Positions 1 through 9,103 of a DNA stretch of 64,000 bases are shown in pieces; position 1 is the stretch's first letter; every line of letters starts with the position of its first letter. Below the pieces are notes generated by a model. The model did not search any database. It was not told the DNA's origin and was given only the letters and a program-made list of their open reading frames with translations. Source of the DNA: Bacillota bacterium (GTDB lineage Bacteria; Bacillota; Dehalobacteriia; UBA4068). Where the stretch lies: contig JAVBKT010000002.1 in assembly GCA_031553915.1 (NCBI GenBank), forward strand, positions 148,109-212,108. The letters are read 5' to 3'. The translations under genes and the position numbers were made by a program.

Positions 1-156
1 ATCCATAACCTCACCCATATGCGTTTTGAACTGCTGATGCACCTGCTCGGTTGAAGATTCCTGCGTGGCATAGTGATACAGCGCGCCCAGAGTTTTGGCG
101 GTTAAAAGAACATCTTCCATATATTCTCTATCTTGCATATTATTAACCTCAGTCAT
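1..156 (-). CDS. CotF-like spore coat protein (YraF/YhcQ-like, Coat_F domain). It is partial: the N-terminal part lies in the window and the 3' end runs off the window start.
   Basis: Minus-strand translation from ATG at 154-156 gives MTEVNNMQDREYMEDVLLTAKTLGALYHYATQESSTEQVHQQFKTHMGEVMD. This matches the Coat_F pattern (DxxxExxxxKxxxxxYxxAxxE). RBS GGAGGAG at 162-168 overlaps the stop of the upstream gene. Confidence 0.5.
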   Translation of the reverse strand, partial: MTEVNNMQDREYMEDVLLTAKTLGALYHYATQESSTEQVHQQFKTHMGEVMD

Positions 157-168
157 TTTTTCTCCTCC

Positions 169-357
169 TTAGCCATTAAGTTCATTCATCAGACAAGAGA
201 ACCGTTTTTGATGCTCTTTTGCCAACTGAGAAAGCATATTTTGCAACTGAGCATCGCCTATTTTGGCCGCATAATCATTGCACTTAATCTGCAATTGCTG
301 CTCCATGCCCATAGAATCCTCCAGATACATTAATTCCTTTGGGGTCATTGTCATCGT
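169..357 (-). CDS. CotF/YraD-like small spore coat protein (Coat_F domain), 62 aa
   Basis: ORF-track protein contains MTMTPKELMYLEDSMGMEQQLQIKCNDYAAKIGDAQLQNMLSQLAKEHQKRF, resembling YraD-type Coat_F proteins. Start moved to ATG at 355-357, which follows AAAGGAGGAAGAACG. It is translationally coupled to the downstream CotF-like gene. Confidence 0.55.
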   Translation of the reverse strand, partial: TMTMTPKELMYLEDSMGMEQQLQIKCNDYAAKIGDAQLQNMLSQLAKEHQKRFSCLMNELNG

Positions 358-546
358 TCTTCCTCCTTTAATATCTTTTTTCATAAGCTGCTTTCTTAGT
401 ATCAACCAAATTTTGTTTGCTATACACTAATCAAAAATAAATATACGACAATGTTTATTTATAAATAATTTTGTTTAATACTTGCAATTTACTAGTGAAA
501 TCAGCTATAATTAATTTTAATAAATACTCGCGATCAGGAGATCATT

Positions 547-1050
547 ATGGAAGCTAATTTCATAATCAGAAATGCAACTATAAATGACTTGCCGGCGATT
601 ACGGACATCTATAACCAGGCGATTGCTGCCGGTCAGTGCACCTGCGATATGGATATCCTGAACGTTGACGACAGACTTCCCTGGTTTTATGCCCATGATG
701 CAAGAACGCCGATTTTTGTTGGTGAGCAAGATGGCAAGGTTATTGCTTATGCATATATTTCACCATACCGCGCCGGCCGCAAGGCTGTTGTTGATGTTTG
801 CGAACTGAGCTATTATGTCGATTTCCATCATCATCGCCAGGGTCTTGGCAGCAAGCTGGTATATCACTGCCTGGCTGCGGCCAAAGAGAATAATTATAGC
901 CATATGATGGCCATTCTGCTCAGCTGCAATAAGGCCAGTATTTCGGTACTGGAAAAAATAGGCTTTCAGCTGTGGGGCTCCCTGCCGGATATTGCCAAAT
1001 TTTACAACGAAGAACGCTATAGCCATTTATATTACGGCTACAAGCTTTAA
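547..1050 (+). CDS. GNAT family N-acetyltransferase (phosphinothricin-acetyltransferase-like)
   Basis: 167 aa protein with GNAT-type motifs (VGEQDGKVIAYAYISPYRAGRKAV...HRQGLGSKLV). RBS CAGGAGA precedes the ATG. Confidence 0.75.
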   Translation: MEANFIIRNATINDLPAITDIYNQAIAAGQCTCDMDILNVDDRLPWFYAHDARTPIFVGEQDGKVIAYAYISPYRAGRKAVVDVCELSYYVDFHHHRQGLGSKLVYHCLAAAKENNYSHMMAILLSCNKASISVLEKIGFQLWGSLPDIAKFYNEERYSHLYYGYKL

Positions 1051-1057
1051 CAATAAA

Positions 1058-1088
1058 TAAAAACCGGATATTTATATCCGGTTTTTAT
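1058..1088. terminator. Rho-independent terminator, probably bidirectional
   Basis: Hairpin CCGGATATTTATATCCGG flanked by an A-run on the 5' side and a T-run on the 3' side. It sits between convergent genes. Confidence 0.6.
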
Positions 1089-1132
1089 TTGCAGATTTAT
1101 TCATTAACACTACCCAATTGGGTGGATTTTTA

Positions 1133-2353
1133 TTATACGCGGCCTCTGGTCAAATCCAGTCTGACATAATCAGGAAGGCCATCCTTCATAGGCACAGCAA
1201 CCTCTCCCTGAATCAGTGGGCGCACATAGTTGATAAATTCCTCGGTGACATAATTGCCTTCTTTATTGATCCACTCCCGCGGCACCTTCTGTTCATTATT
1301 TGCCACCTTATCCAGGGCAATCTCCCCATAAACGCATTGATAGGGATTATTGCCCGCACGCTCCAGAGTAACCATAACACCGCTTTTGCCCTCCAGGGCA
1401 TAGCGCACGGCATTGGCGCCGACGGTATAGGCCTCGTCAGCATCAGTTTTGGAGGCAAAATGCATGGCTGCTCTTTGGGTGGTTCCAAGAGTATTGCAGC
1501 GGGCAGCAATGCCAATTTTATGCTCCACTAAATCTTTTAAGGCAATACCCACACCGGAAAGCTGTTTGTGGCCAAAAGCATCTACGCTGCCGGAGGTAAA
1601 GCAATAATCGCCATCCGCGTCACGCAAGCCCTCTGAGACTACCACATAGCAATAGCCCTGCTGCTGATAGATTTTTTCCACATCCGCCAAAAATTTATCC
1701 TGCGAAAAGGCAATTTCCGGCAAATAAATCAAATGCGGCGCCTCATTGGCAAAGCGGCGGGAAAGCGCAGCTGCCCCGGTCAGCCAACCGGCATCGCGGC
1801 CCATGGCCTCAAGAATTGTCACCTTGTTCTTGGTAGAAACACTTTCCAGGTCAATACCTGTCTCGCGCACTGTGGCGGCAATATATTTAGCAGCGGAACC
1901 AAAGCCGGGCGAATGATCGATAAAGGGCAAATCATTATCAATTGTCTTGGGCACGCCAATCACCCTCATCTCCCAGCCGGCGCTCTGTGCTGCCTGCCAC
2001 ATTTTATGGGCAGTATCCATACTGTCATTGCCGCCATTATAAAAGAAATAGCGGATATTATGTTTTTTCATAATATCAATCAAGCGCCCATGATCTTCTT
2101 CCTGCACTTTATAGCGGCAGGAGAAAATACCCGCGCCGGGAGTATGGCGCAAGGCGGCAATAGCAGCGGGGTCTTGGGCCTTCAAATCAACGATGTTTTC
2201 ATCCAGAATACCCTTAACGCCGCTGATACCGGCATAAATCGTGCCAAAACCCGCTTCATTGAACCAGGTCTCCACCACTCCGCAAACACTGTTATTGATA
2301 ACCGCGGAAGGGCCGCCGCTTTGGGCAACAAGAGCATTTCCATGCAAAGACAT
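1133..2353 (-). CDS. pfp: Pyrophosphate-dependent 6-phosphofructokinase (PPi-PFK)
   Basis: 406 aa protein with phosphofructokinase signatures (GGPSAVINNSVCGVV, MGRDAGW, PKTIDNDL). Its length is typical of PPi-PFK. Confidence 0.85.
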   Translation of the reverse strand: MSLHGNALVAQSGGPSAVINNSVCGVVETWFNEAGFGTIYAGISGVKGILDENIVDLKAQDPAAIAALRHTPGAGIFSCRYKVQEEDHGRLIDIMKKHNIRYFFYNGGNDSMDTAHKMWQAAQSAGWEMRVIGVPKTIDNDLPFIDHSPGFGSAAKYIAATVRETGIDLESVSTKNKVTILEAMGRDAGWLTGAAALSRRFANEAPHLIYLPEIAFSQDKFLADVEKIYQQQGYCYVVVSEGLRDADGDYCFTSGSVDAFGHKQLSGVGIALKDLVEHKIGIAARCNTLGTTQRAAMHFASKTDADEAYTVGANAVRYALEGKSGVMVTLERAGNNPYQCVYGEIALDKVANNEQKVPREWINKEGNYVTEEFINYVRPLIQGEVAVPMKDGLPDYVRLDLTRGRV

Positions 2354-2383
2354 AAGCTTATCTCCTTAGCTTGTGATATTGTT

Positions 2384-2887
2384 TTAGCATTTCTCCGGTT
2401 CTTCTATCTGGCCTTCATCAATTACGCTAATACTCTTGATTTTCTGCTCGCTTTTTGGCTTGTCATGCGCGTCTGTCGCAGTAGCGGCAATTTCATCCAC
2501 AACATCCATGCCGTTGATCACCTTGCCAAAAGCAGCGTATTGGCCGTCGAGGAAAAAGCCATTTTGATGCATGATAAAAAACTGGCTGCCAGCGCTGTTG
2601 GGGTTGCCGGCGCGGGCCATCGAGATCACCCCGCGCTGATGCTGCAGTTGATTATTGACGCCATTCTCTTTGAATTCGCCTTTGATGCTATAGCCGGGGC
2701 CGCCCATGCCAGTGCCGTCCGGACAGCCGCCCTGAATCATAAAACCGCTGATCACCCGGTGGAAAATTAAACCGTCATAATAACCTTTGCCGGCAAGAGA
2801 CAAAAAATTCTTTACCGTGTTGGGTGCATGGTCAGCATAAAGCTCAATTTCAATTTTTTTACCGTTTTCCATTTCAATAATTATCAT
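2384..2887 (-). CDS. ppiB: Peptidyl-prolyl cis-trans isomerase, cyclophilin type
   Basis: 167 aa protein with FHRVISGFMIQGGCP and MARAGNPNSAGSQFFI cyclophilin motifs. Confidence 0.9.
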   Translation of the reverse strand: MIIIEMENGKKIEIELYADHAPNTVKNFLSLAGKGYYDGLIFHRVISGFMIQGGCPDGTGMGGPGYSIKGEFKENGVNNQLQHQRGVISMARAGNPNSAGSQFFIMHQNGFFLDGQYAAFGKVINGMDVVDEIAATATDAHDKPKSEQKIKSISVIDEGQIEEPEKC

Positions 2888-2916
2888 ATTTTTCTCCTTG
2901 TTTTTATTTTTTATCT

Positions 2917-3717
2917 TTATATTCCTTGATATAATGAATTATTAAGCACAAATAATAATATGATCACCAGACTATTCCATGCCATATGGGCAATGGCATT
3001 AACCCAAAGATTACGGTATTTATCATAAAGCCAGGTGAAGCCTAAGCCACCGATAAAGATAGGCAAAAAGGTCCAGATGTTCATATGCGCTAAACTAAAA
3101 GCAGCGGCACAGAGGATAATTGCTATTGGCCGTTTAAAATAATGCAATAGTGACGGATAGAGGAAGGCCCGAAATAGCATTTCTTCAGCCACTGGCGCGG
3201 CAAAACAAATGAGCAATACCAGCATGATAATTTCCACGCTGCTGGTAGTCTGACCAAAAAGATTGACCACCGTTTGGCTAGAGGCAATTTTGCCGGGAGC
3301 CAGCAGATCAACAATAATCGCTCCCATGGTATTCATCAGATAAAAAAGTATGCCAAGCGGGATAGCAACAAGCGCTATCTTCACGGGCGGCTTTGTCAAA
3401 CCCAAAGCCCGGGGCTGGTGTTTAAGAGCAATACAGGCGATCAGTATCGGCAAAATAATCCAAATGCTGTCCTGCACCAGCATACCAATAATCTGCATTG
3501 GCACCTCTTGCATTCCGGTCAAATACAAGAGGCTGGCCAAGGAACTGACAAAAATGCCGCAAAAATACACTGCCAGCGGTATCCACAGCGGCCAAATCCG
3601 CGGCTGATAGGACGGCAAAAAATCATCCGGCCGCCACTCTTCCCTCTGTTCAATTGCCGAGTCCTGTAGATTTTCGCTTTGTTTTGGCTGATTTGTTTCT
3701 TCCATACCCAATATCAT
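2917..3717 (-). CDS. CPBP family intramembrane metalloprotease (CAAX protease / Abi-like)
   Basis: Polytopic membrane protein with the EExxxR motif (VAEEMLFRAFLY) and FSLAHM, typical of Rce1/CPBP proteases. No clear RBS, so the start is uncertain. Confidence 0.7.
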   Translation of the reverse strand: MILGMEETNQPKQSENLQDSAIEQREEWRPDDFLPSYQPRIWPLWIPLAVYFCGIFVSSLASLLYLTGMQEVPMQIIGMLVQDSIWIILPILIACIALKHQPRALGLTKPPVKIALVAIPLGILFYLMNTMGAIIVDLLAPGKIASSQTVVNLFGQTTSSVEIIMLVLLICFAAPVAEEMLFRAFLYPSLLHYFKRPIAIILCAAAFSLAHMNIWTFLPIFIGGLGFTWLYDKYRNLWVNAIAHMAWNSLVIILLFVLNNSLYQGI

Positions 3718-3830
3718 ACCATATTTGCGCCTAACTGGCCAGATAAAAATAGTCCGTAATTTTTAAATATCCTCTTGACTCTCCCCCTGGCGGAGATTGT
3801 AGACTGAGTACATGAAAGGAGATCTGCACT

Positions 3831-4655
3831 ATGTTTCGCATCGGAGAATTTTCCAAAATGAGCCTGACTACGATCAAAACCCTCCATTATTATGATGAGG
3901 TAGGACTGCTCAAACCTGCTCATATTGACCCCTTTACCGGATACCGCTTTTATACTACAGAACAGCTTATTCTTCTGCACAAAATCCAATCATTTCGCCA
4001 AATTGGCCTGTCTATTGATGAGATCCGGCAATTAATTTCCGGTATTGCTGCTGACTTTATCATGCAAAAAAGAAAGAGCGAGCTGCTTGGGGAAATCTCC
4101 GCTAAACAAGAGCAACTCTCCCGGATTGAATTTATTCTATCTGGAAAAGAGGAGGATTATTTTATGAACTATGAAGCTACCATCAAGGATTTACCCGAGT
4201 ATATTGTCTATTCAAAACGTTTGGTGGCACCGAGCTATGCGGATTACCTCACCATCATCCCTGCTATTGGCCAAGCGGTTGCTGCAAAATATCCGGATCT
4301 TAAATGCACTGCGCCGGAATATTGTTGCGTCGTCTATCTGGAACCCGAATATAAAGAAAAGGACATTCATATCGAGTTTTTTGAAGCTGTTGAACAGATG
4401 AAAGAAAATTTTGATGATATCGTTTTTAAGAAGCTGCCCCAGACAACCGTTGTTTCGGTATTGCATAGAGGCCCTTATCAACAAGCAAAAGGCCCAAGCC
4501 TGTCTGACGCTTACCTTTTCCTCGCCAAATGGATAGAAGATAATGGTTACACAATTACCGGCCACCCCCGGGAAAGCTATATCGACGGTATTTGGAACAA
4601 AGATAATGCAGAAGATTGGCTGACCGAGGTGCAATTCCCCATCAGCAAGATATAA
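3831..4655 (+). CDS. MerR family transcriptional regulator with C-terminal GyrI-like effector-binding domain (BmrR/Mta-like)
   Basis: N-terminal MerR HTH (FRIGEFSKMSLTTIKTLHYYDEVGLLKP...GYRFY), a coiled-coil linker, and a C-terminal ~150 aa GyrI-like domain. Confidence 0.85.
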   Translation: MFRIGEFSKMSLTTIKTLHYYDEVGLLKPAHIDPFTGYRFYTTEQLILLHKIQSFRQIGLSIDEIRQLISGIAADFIMQKRKSELLGEISAKQEQLSRIEFILSGKEEDYFMNYEATIKDLPEYIVYSKRLVAPSYADYLTIIPAIGQAVAAKYPDLKCTAPEYCCVVYLEPEYKEKDIHIEFFEAVEQMKENFDDIVFKKLPQTTVVSVLHRGPYQQAKGPSLSDAYLFLAKWIEDNGYTITGHPRESYIDGIWNKDNAEDWLTEVQFPISKI

Positions 4656-4684
4656 AAAAGAAGCCCAAAAGGGCTTCTTTTTTA
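4654..4684. terminator. Rho-independent terminator (bidirectional) between MerR gene and typA
   Basis: Hairpin AAGAAGCCC-AAAA-GGGCTTCTT followed by TTTTT, with an A-run on the other side. Confidence 0.6.
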
Positions 4685-4686
4685 AA

Positions 4687-6513
4687 CTATTTTTCTCTGC
4701 TAGAAACGCGCAGCCGCTCTGTTCTGCTTAAAATCTTTTTGCGTAAGCGTAAGTTCTTCGGGGTGATTTCCAGCAGCTCATCATCTGCCATAAACTCCAA
4801 GCACTGCTCCAGCGACAGTTCTCGCGGCGGCACCAGACGCAGCGCGTCATCAGAGCCGGAGGCGCGGACATTGCTCAGCTGTTTCTTCTTGCAGACGTTA
4901 ACGGAAATATCCTCATTTTTGGGGCTGACGCCAACTATCATCCCTTCATAAACTTTTACGCCGGGGTTAATAAACAGCTGGCCCCTTTCCTGCGCTTTGA
5001 ACAAGCCATAGGTCACAGCTACACCGTTTTCCCAGGCCACCAGCGAACCGCTTTCGCGTTTGGTGATTTTCCCCTGGAACTCCTGATATTCAGCAAAAAC
5101 AGAGCCCATAATGCCCTCGCCGCAGGTATCAGTCAAAAACTCATTGCGATAGCCAAACAGACCGCGCGCCGGAATCAGATATTCCGCTTTCATCCTTTTC
5201 CCGGATGGCATCATATCCAAAAGCTGGCCTTTGCGCCGACCCATTTTATCAGCGACAAAGCGGAAACTATCTTCCGGCACATCAACATGCAGCCTTTCCA
5301 TTGGTTCATAAATTTTGCCGTCAATTTCCTTAAACAAGGCCTTGGGCGGTGAGACAGCAAACTCATAGCCCTCGCGGCGCATCGTTTCAATCAAAATTGC
5401 CAGATGCATCTCCCCGCGGCCCAGCACACGAAAAGCCTCTGTGCTGTCTGTTTCCAGTACCCGTAGAGACACATCCTTGAGCAGTTCGCGGAACAGCCTG
5501 TCACGCAGCTGGCGGGAGGTCACATATTCGCCTTCCTGTCCGGCAAAGGGGCTGTCATTGACGGAGAAAGTCATTTCTACCGTTGGCTCACCCACCTGGA
5601 CAAAAGCAATCGGCTCAATATTATCAGTATCGCAGACCGTGTCGCCGATATTAATATCCTCAATGCCGCTAAAGCAAACAATATCCCCGGCCAGGCCTTC
5701 TTCAACCGGAACCCTGTTTAAGCCCTCGATGGCAAAGAGGTTGTTGATCTTGCCCTGATACGGCTGTTTATCGTCATAATAATTGGTGACCATCACTTGT
5801 TGGGCAGCTTTAATTGAGCCCCGGTCTACCCGTCCAATGCCGATTCTGCCAACAAAGCTATTATAGTCAACAGAAGACACCAGCAATTGCAAAGATGAGT
5901 CAGCGTCAGCGATCGGCGCGGGAATATGCTTAACAATCGTATCAAAAAGCGGGTTGAGATCGCTTGGCTCATCATCCGGCTCCACAGAAGAAAGCCCGCG
6001 TTTTGCTGAACAATAAATAATCGGGCTGTTTAGCTGATCCTCTCCGGCATTAAGCTCTTCCAAAAGCTCAATAGTCTCCAGGGCTACATCCAGCGGGCGC
6101 GCCTCCGGGCGGTCTATTTTATTGACGACAATAATCACCTTGTGATTCATCTCCAAAGCCTTTTGCAGCACAAATCTGGTCTGAGGCATCGGCCCCTCAA
6201 AAGCGTCAACCAGCAGCAGCACGCCATTGACCATTTTCAAAATGCGCTCCACCTCACCGGAAAAATCAGCATGGCCGGGGGTGTCGACAATATTAATTTT
6301 CATCCCGTCACGAAAAACCGCGGTGTTCTTGGCCAGAATGGTGATGCCTTTTTCACGTTCCAAATCATTATTGTCCATCACCCGCTCTTCTACTGCCTGA
6401 TGGCTGCGAAAAGCGCCGCTTTGCTTGAGCATTTGGTCGACTAAAGTCGTTTTACCATGATCAACATGGGCAATAATGGCGATATTACGAATATTAGATA
6501 TTTCTTGTAACAT
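4687..6513 (-). CDS. typA: Translational GTPase TypA/BipA
   Basis: 608 aa protein. N-terminus is [20 protein letters not shown] with GTPase G1-G4 motifs and EF-G-like domain organisation. Confidence 0.95.
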   Translation of the reverse strand: MLQEISNIRNIAIIAHVDHGKTTLVDQMLKQSGAFRSHQAVEERVMDNNDLEREKGITILAKNTAVFRDGMKINIVDTPGHADFSGEVERILKMVNGVLLLVDAFEGPMPQTRFVLQKALEMNHKVIIVVNKIDRPEARPLDVALETIELLEELNAGEDQLNSPIIYCSAKRGLSSVEPDDEPSDLNPLFDTIVKHIPAPIADADSSLQLLVSSVDYNSFVGRIGIGRVDRGSIKAAQQVMVTNYYDDKQPYQGKINNLFAIEGLNRVPVEEGLAGDIVCFSGIEDINIGDTVCDTDNIEPIAFVQVGEPTVEMTFSVNDSPFAGQEGEYVTSRQLRDRLFRELLKDVSLRVLETDSTEAFRVLGRGEMHLAILIETMRREGYEFAVSPPKALFKEIDGKIYEPMERLHVDVPEDSFRFVADKMGRRKGQLLDMMPSGKRMKAEYLIPARGLFGYRNEFLTDTCGEGIMGSVFAEYQEFQGKITKRESGSLVAWENGVAVTYGLFKAQERGQLFINPGVKVYEGMIVGVSPKNEDISVNVCKKKQLSNVRASGSDDALRLVPPRELSLEQCLEFMADDELLEITPKNLRLRKKILSRTERLRVSSREK

Positions 6514-6567
6514 AATTCTCCTTCAAATTAATACAAATAAGCGAACAATTAATTATTATAGCACTAC

Positions 6568-7749
6568 TTGGCCTTAATAGCAAGGATTAGCTATTGGCAG
6601 TTCTTTTTTGCGGCAAAGATGAATAGCTTGCCATATAGACTAAATCTTTGGGGTTGCCAGGTGGCCAATAATTCTTTAACAAAAACTTTCACCTTTGCCG
6701 GAGCTGTTTTGGCCTACATGATTGGCTCCGGCTTTGCTACAGGGCAAGAGCTGCTGCAATACTATGTGCCCTATGGCTGGCAGAGTGTTTTTGTTGGCAT
6801 AATTTTAGCGGCGATGCTTATTTATGCCAATAAGGCCTTTGCGATAGCCGGGCATTATTATCATCTTGAGCGCGGCAGCGATGTCTTCCGCTTTTATTGT
6901 GGGGAAACTTTTGGCAAGTTTTTTGATTGGTTCACTGTACTTTTTTGTTTTCTGGTCTTTATCGTAATGATTGCCGGCGCCGGCTCTACCCTTGCTCAAC
7001 AATACCAGCTGCCGGTTTATAGCGGAGCTATCGCCATGGCTGCTATCTCTGCTTTTACGGTCAGCTGCGGTTTGAACTCCCTGGTGCGCATCATCGGCAA
7101 AATCGGGCCGATACTCGCCATTCTGGTTCTGTTCATCGCTATTGTTACCCTGATCAAATACGGCGCTAATATCCCCGCGGCGATAGAGCAAATAAACAAT
7201 CAGGAAATCACCCTTCTTCGCGCAGCCCCGCATTGGCTGCCGGCGGGCATTTCCAATGCCGGTTACAGCCTCTTGCTTTTGGCCGGCTTTATTGCGCAGC
7301 TGGCCAAAGAAAACCGCTTCCAAGAAGTGATGGCCGGGCAAAGCATTGGCATCACTGCCTATGCGCTGGTCAGTGTGGTGGTTGGCTTTGCTTTGACCGC
7401 GGCCATCAACACCATCGCCGGGAGCCAAATCCCTAATCTGCTGCTGGCTAACCAAATATCGCCCTTTTTGGCAGGCATTTTTGGCCTGGTGATTTTTGCT
7501 GCGGTGTTTACCACCGCCTGCCCGCTGCTGTGGACAGTCACCGCGCGGCTCAGTGATGAAAAGAGCCTGCGTTTTAAAATACTGCCCTTTGTCTTTGCCG
7601 CGGCCGCAGTCATCATTGCCCTTTATATCCCTTTTAATATACTGATCAGATACGTCTATGTAATAGGCGGTTATTGTGGTGCGGTGATGATGATTTTTAT
7701 TGTGGCAAAGATGCGTAAACTTACAAAGGATTATCGCCGTAAGCAGTAG
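6568..7749 (+). CDS. YkvI-family membrane protein (APC-superfamily-like). The start is ambiguous: the track uses TTG at 6568, and alternatives are ATG at 6619 or GTG at 6661.
   Basis: Contains FTFAGAVLAYMIGSGFATGQELLQYY, resembling the YkvI N-terminal motif (GAGFASGQE), followed by about 11 TM helices. Confidence 0.55.
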   Translation: MALIARISYWQFFFAAKMNSLPYRLNLWGCQVANNSLTKTFTFAGAVLAYMIGSGFATGQELLQYYVPYGWQSVFVGIILAAMLIYANKAFAIAGHYYHLERGSDVFRFYCGETFGKFFDWFTVLFCFLVFIVMIAGAGSTLAQQYQLPVYSGAIAMAAISAFTVSCGLNSLVRIIGKIGPILAILVLFIAIVTLIKYGANIPAAIEQINNQEITLLRAAPHWLPAGISNAGYSLLLLAGFIAQLAKENRFQEVMAGQSIGITAYALVSVVVGFALTAAINTIAGSQIPNLLLANQISPFLAGIFGLVIFAAVFTTACPLLWTVTARLSDEKSLRFKILPFVFAAAAVIIALYIPFNILIRYVYVIGGYCGAVMMIFIVAKMRKLTKDYRRKQ

Positions 7750-7820
7750 AATATCTAAGCATAAAGCAATATTTTAATTGCGGATATATAGCTTATTATC
7801 TACCTAAAAGGAGGTACCTT

Positions 7821-8756
7821 ATGCCACTTGTTACCAGCAAAGAAATGTTTGACAAGGCCTATGCGGGCGGCTATGCCATCGGCGCCTTTAATGTCAATGA
7901 TATGGAAATCATCCAGGGCATCACCATGGCAGCGGCGGAAACCAAAGCGCCGCTTATTCTCCAGGTGAGCGCCGGAGCGCGCAAATATGCCAGCCATACT
8001 TATCTGATGAAATTGGTCGAGGCTGCCATTATTGAAACAGATTTGCCGATCTGCCTTCATCTTGATCATGGGGACACCTTTGAGCTATGCAAATCTTGCG
8101 TTGACGGCGGTTTTACCTCGGTGATGATCGACGGCTCTCACCACAGCTATGAGGATAATATCAAACTTACGCGGCAAGTGGTTGAATACGCTCATGCCCA
8201 TGGCGTAGTGGTCGAGGGTGAGCTGGGCCGTTTGGCCGGCGTTGAAGATGATGTTAATGTCTCCGAGGAGGATTCTTCCTATACCCGCCCGGAAGAGGTT
8301 GAAGACTTTGTCGGCCGCACCGGCGTAGATTCCCTGGCCATTGCCATTGGCACCAGCCACGGCGCTTTTAAATTTAAACCCGGGACAAAACCGCAGCTGC
8401 GTTTTGATATTCTGACAGAGGTGGAAAAACGTCTGCCTAATTTCCCTATCGTTCTTCATGGCGCCTCTTCAGTGATGCCGGAATACGTCAAAATGATTAA
8501 TGCCAATGGCGGCAATATGCCGGATGCGATCGGCGTGCCCGAAGATATGCTGCGGCAAGCCGCACAAATGGCTGTGTGCAAAATCAATATTGATTCTGAC
8601 CTGCGCCTGGCCATGACCGGGACAGTGCGCGAATATCTTAACACTCACGCAGACCATTTTGATCCGCGCCAATATTTGGGTCCGGCGCGGGAGAATATTA
8701 AAGAGATGGTCAAGCACAAAATCATTAATGTCCTCGGCTGCGATAATAAAGCCTAG
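7821..8756 (+). CDS. fba: Fructose-bisphosphate aldolase class II
   Basis: 311 aa protein with GGYAIGAFNVNDME, HLDHG and SHGAFKF motifs. RBS AAAGGAGGT precedes the ATG. Confidence 0.95.
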   Translation: MPLVTSKEMFDKAYAGGYAIGAFNVNDMEIIQGITMAAAETKAPLILQVSAGARKYASHTYLMKLVEAAIIETDLPICLHLDHGDTFELCKSCVDGGFTSVMIDGSHHSYEDNIKLTRQVVEYAHAHGVVVEGELGRLAGVEDDVNVSEEDSSYTRPEEVEDFVGRTGVDSLAIAIGTSHGAFKFKPGTKPQLRFDILTEVEKRLPNFPIVLHGASSVMPEYVKMINANGGNMPDAIGVPEDMLRQAAQMAVCKINIDSDLRLAMTGTVREYLNTHADHFDPRQYLGPARENIKEMVKHKIINVLGCDNKA

Positions 8757-8838
8757 AGAATCAATAGTAAATATTTAGCAAAGCACAGAGGGTCAAGAAA
8801 CGAGCGAGACCAGGCAATTGCGCTGCGGATCGGACAAT

Positions 8839-8873
8839 TAAAAGAGACAGCTGATTAGGCTGTCTCTTTTGGT
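8839..8873. terminator. Bidirectional rho-independent terminator between fba and the feo operon
   Basis: Hairpin AAAGAGACAGC-TGATTAG-GCTGTCTCTTT, with A-rich sequence on the 5' side and a T-run on the 3' side. Confidence 0.6.
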
Positions 8874-8891
8874 TTATCATACTTTGATTAC

Positions 8892-9083
8892 CTATTGCTT
8901 TTCTGCGGGGCTCTGGCCATGGCATATGGAGGAGCCAGAACAACATCCGCAGTCGCTTCCGCAGCTGCAGGTAGTTCCTTTTTTGCGGTCGCGCACAATT
9001 TTTCTGATAACCAAAGCTAGGATAGCAATAAGAATAAGACTGATAATAATTGTTGCCAGGTTATTTATGATAAATTCTAACAT
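8892..9083 (-). CDS. FeoB-associated Cys-rich membrane protein (FeoC-like, 63 aa)
   Basis: One TM helix followed by GTTCSCGSDCGCCSGSSIC. RBS GAGGTG with 6 nt spacing. Lies immediately downstream of feoB. Confidence 0.7.
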   Translation of the reverse strand: MLEFIINNLATIIISLILIAILALVIRKIVRDRKKGTTCSCGSDCGCCSGSSICHGQSPAEKQ

Positions 9084-9103
9084 CTAAACCACCTCATTGC
9101 TGT

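Noticed and set aside
1733-2770. 345 aa plus-strand ORF spanning pfp and ppiB in antisense
   Set aside because: It overlaps two strongly supported minus-strand genes and has no recognisable domains.
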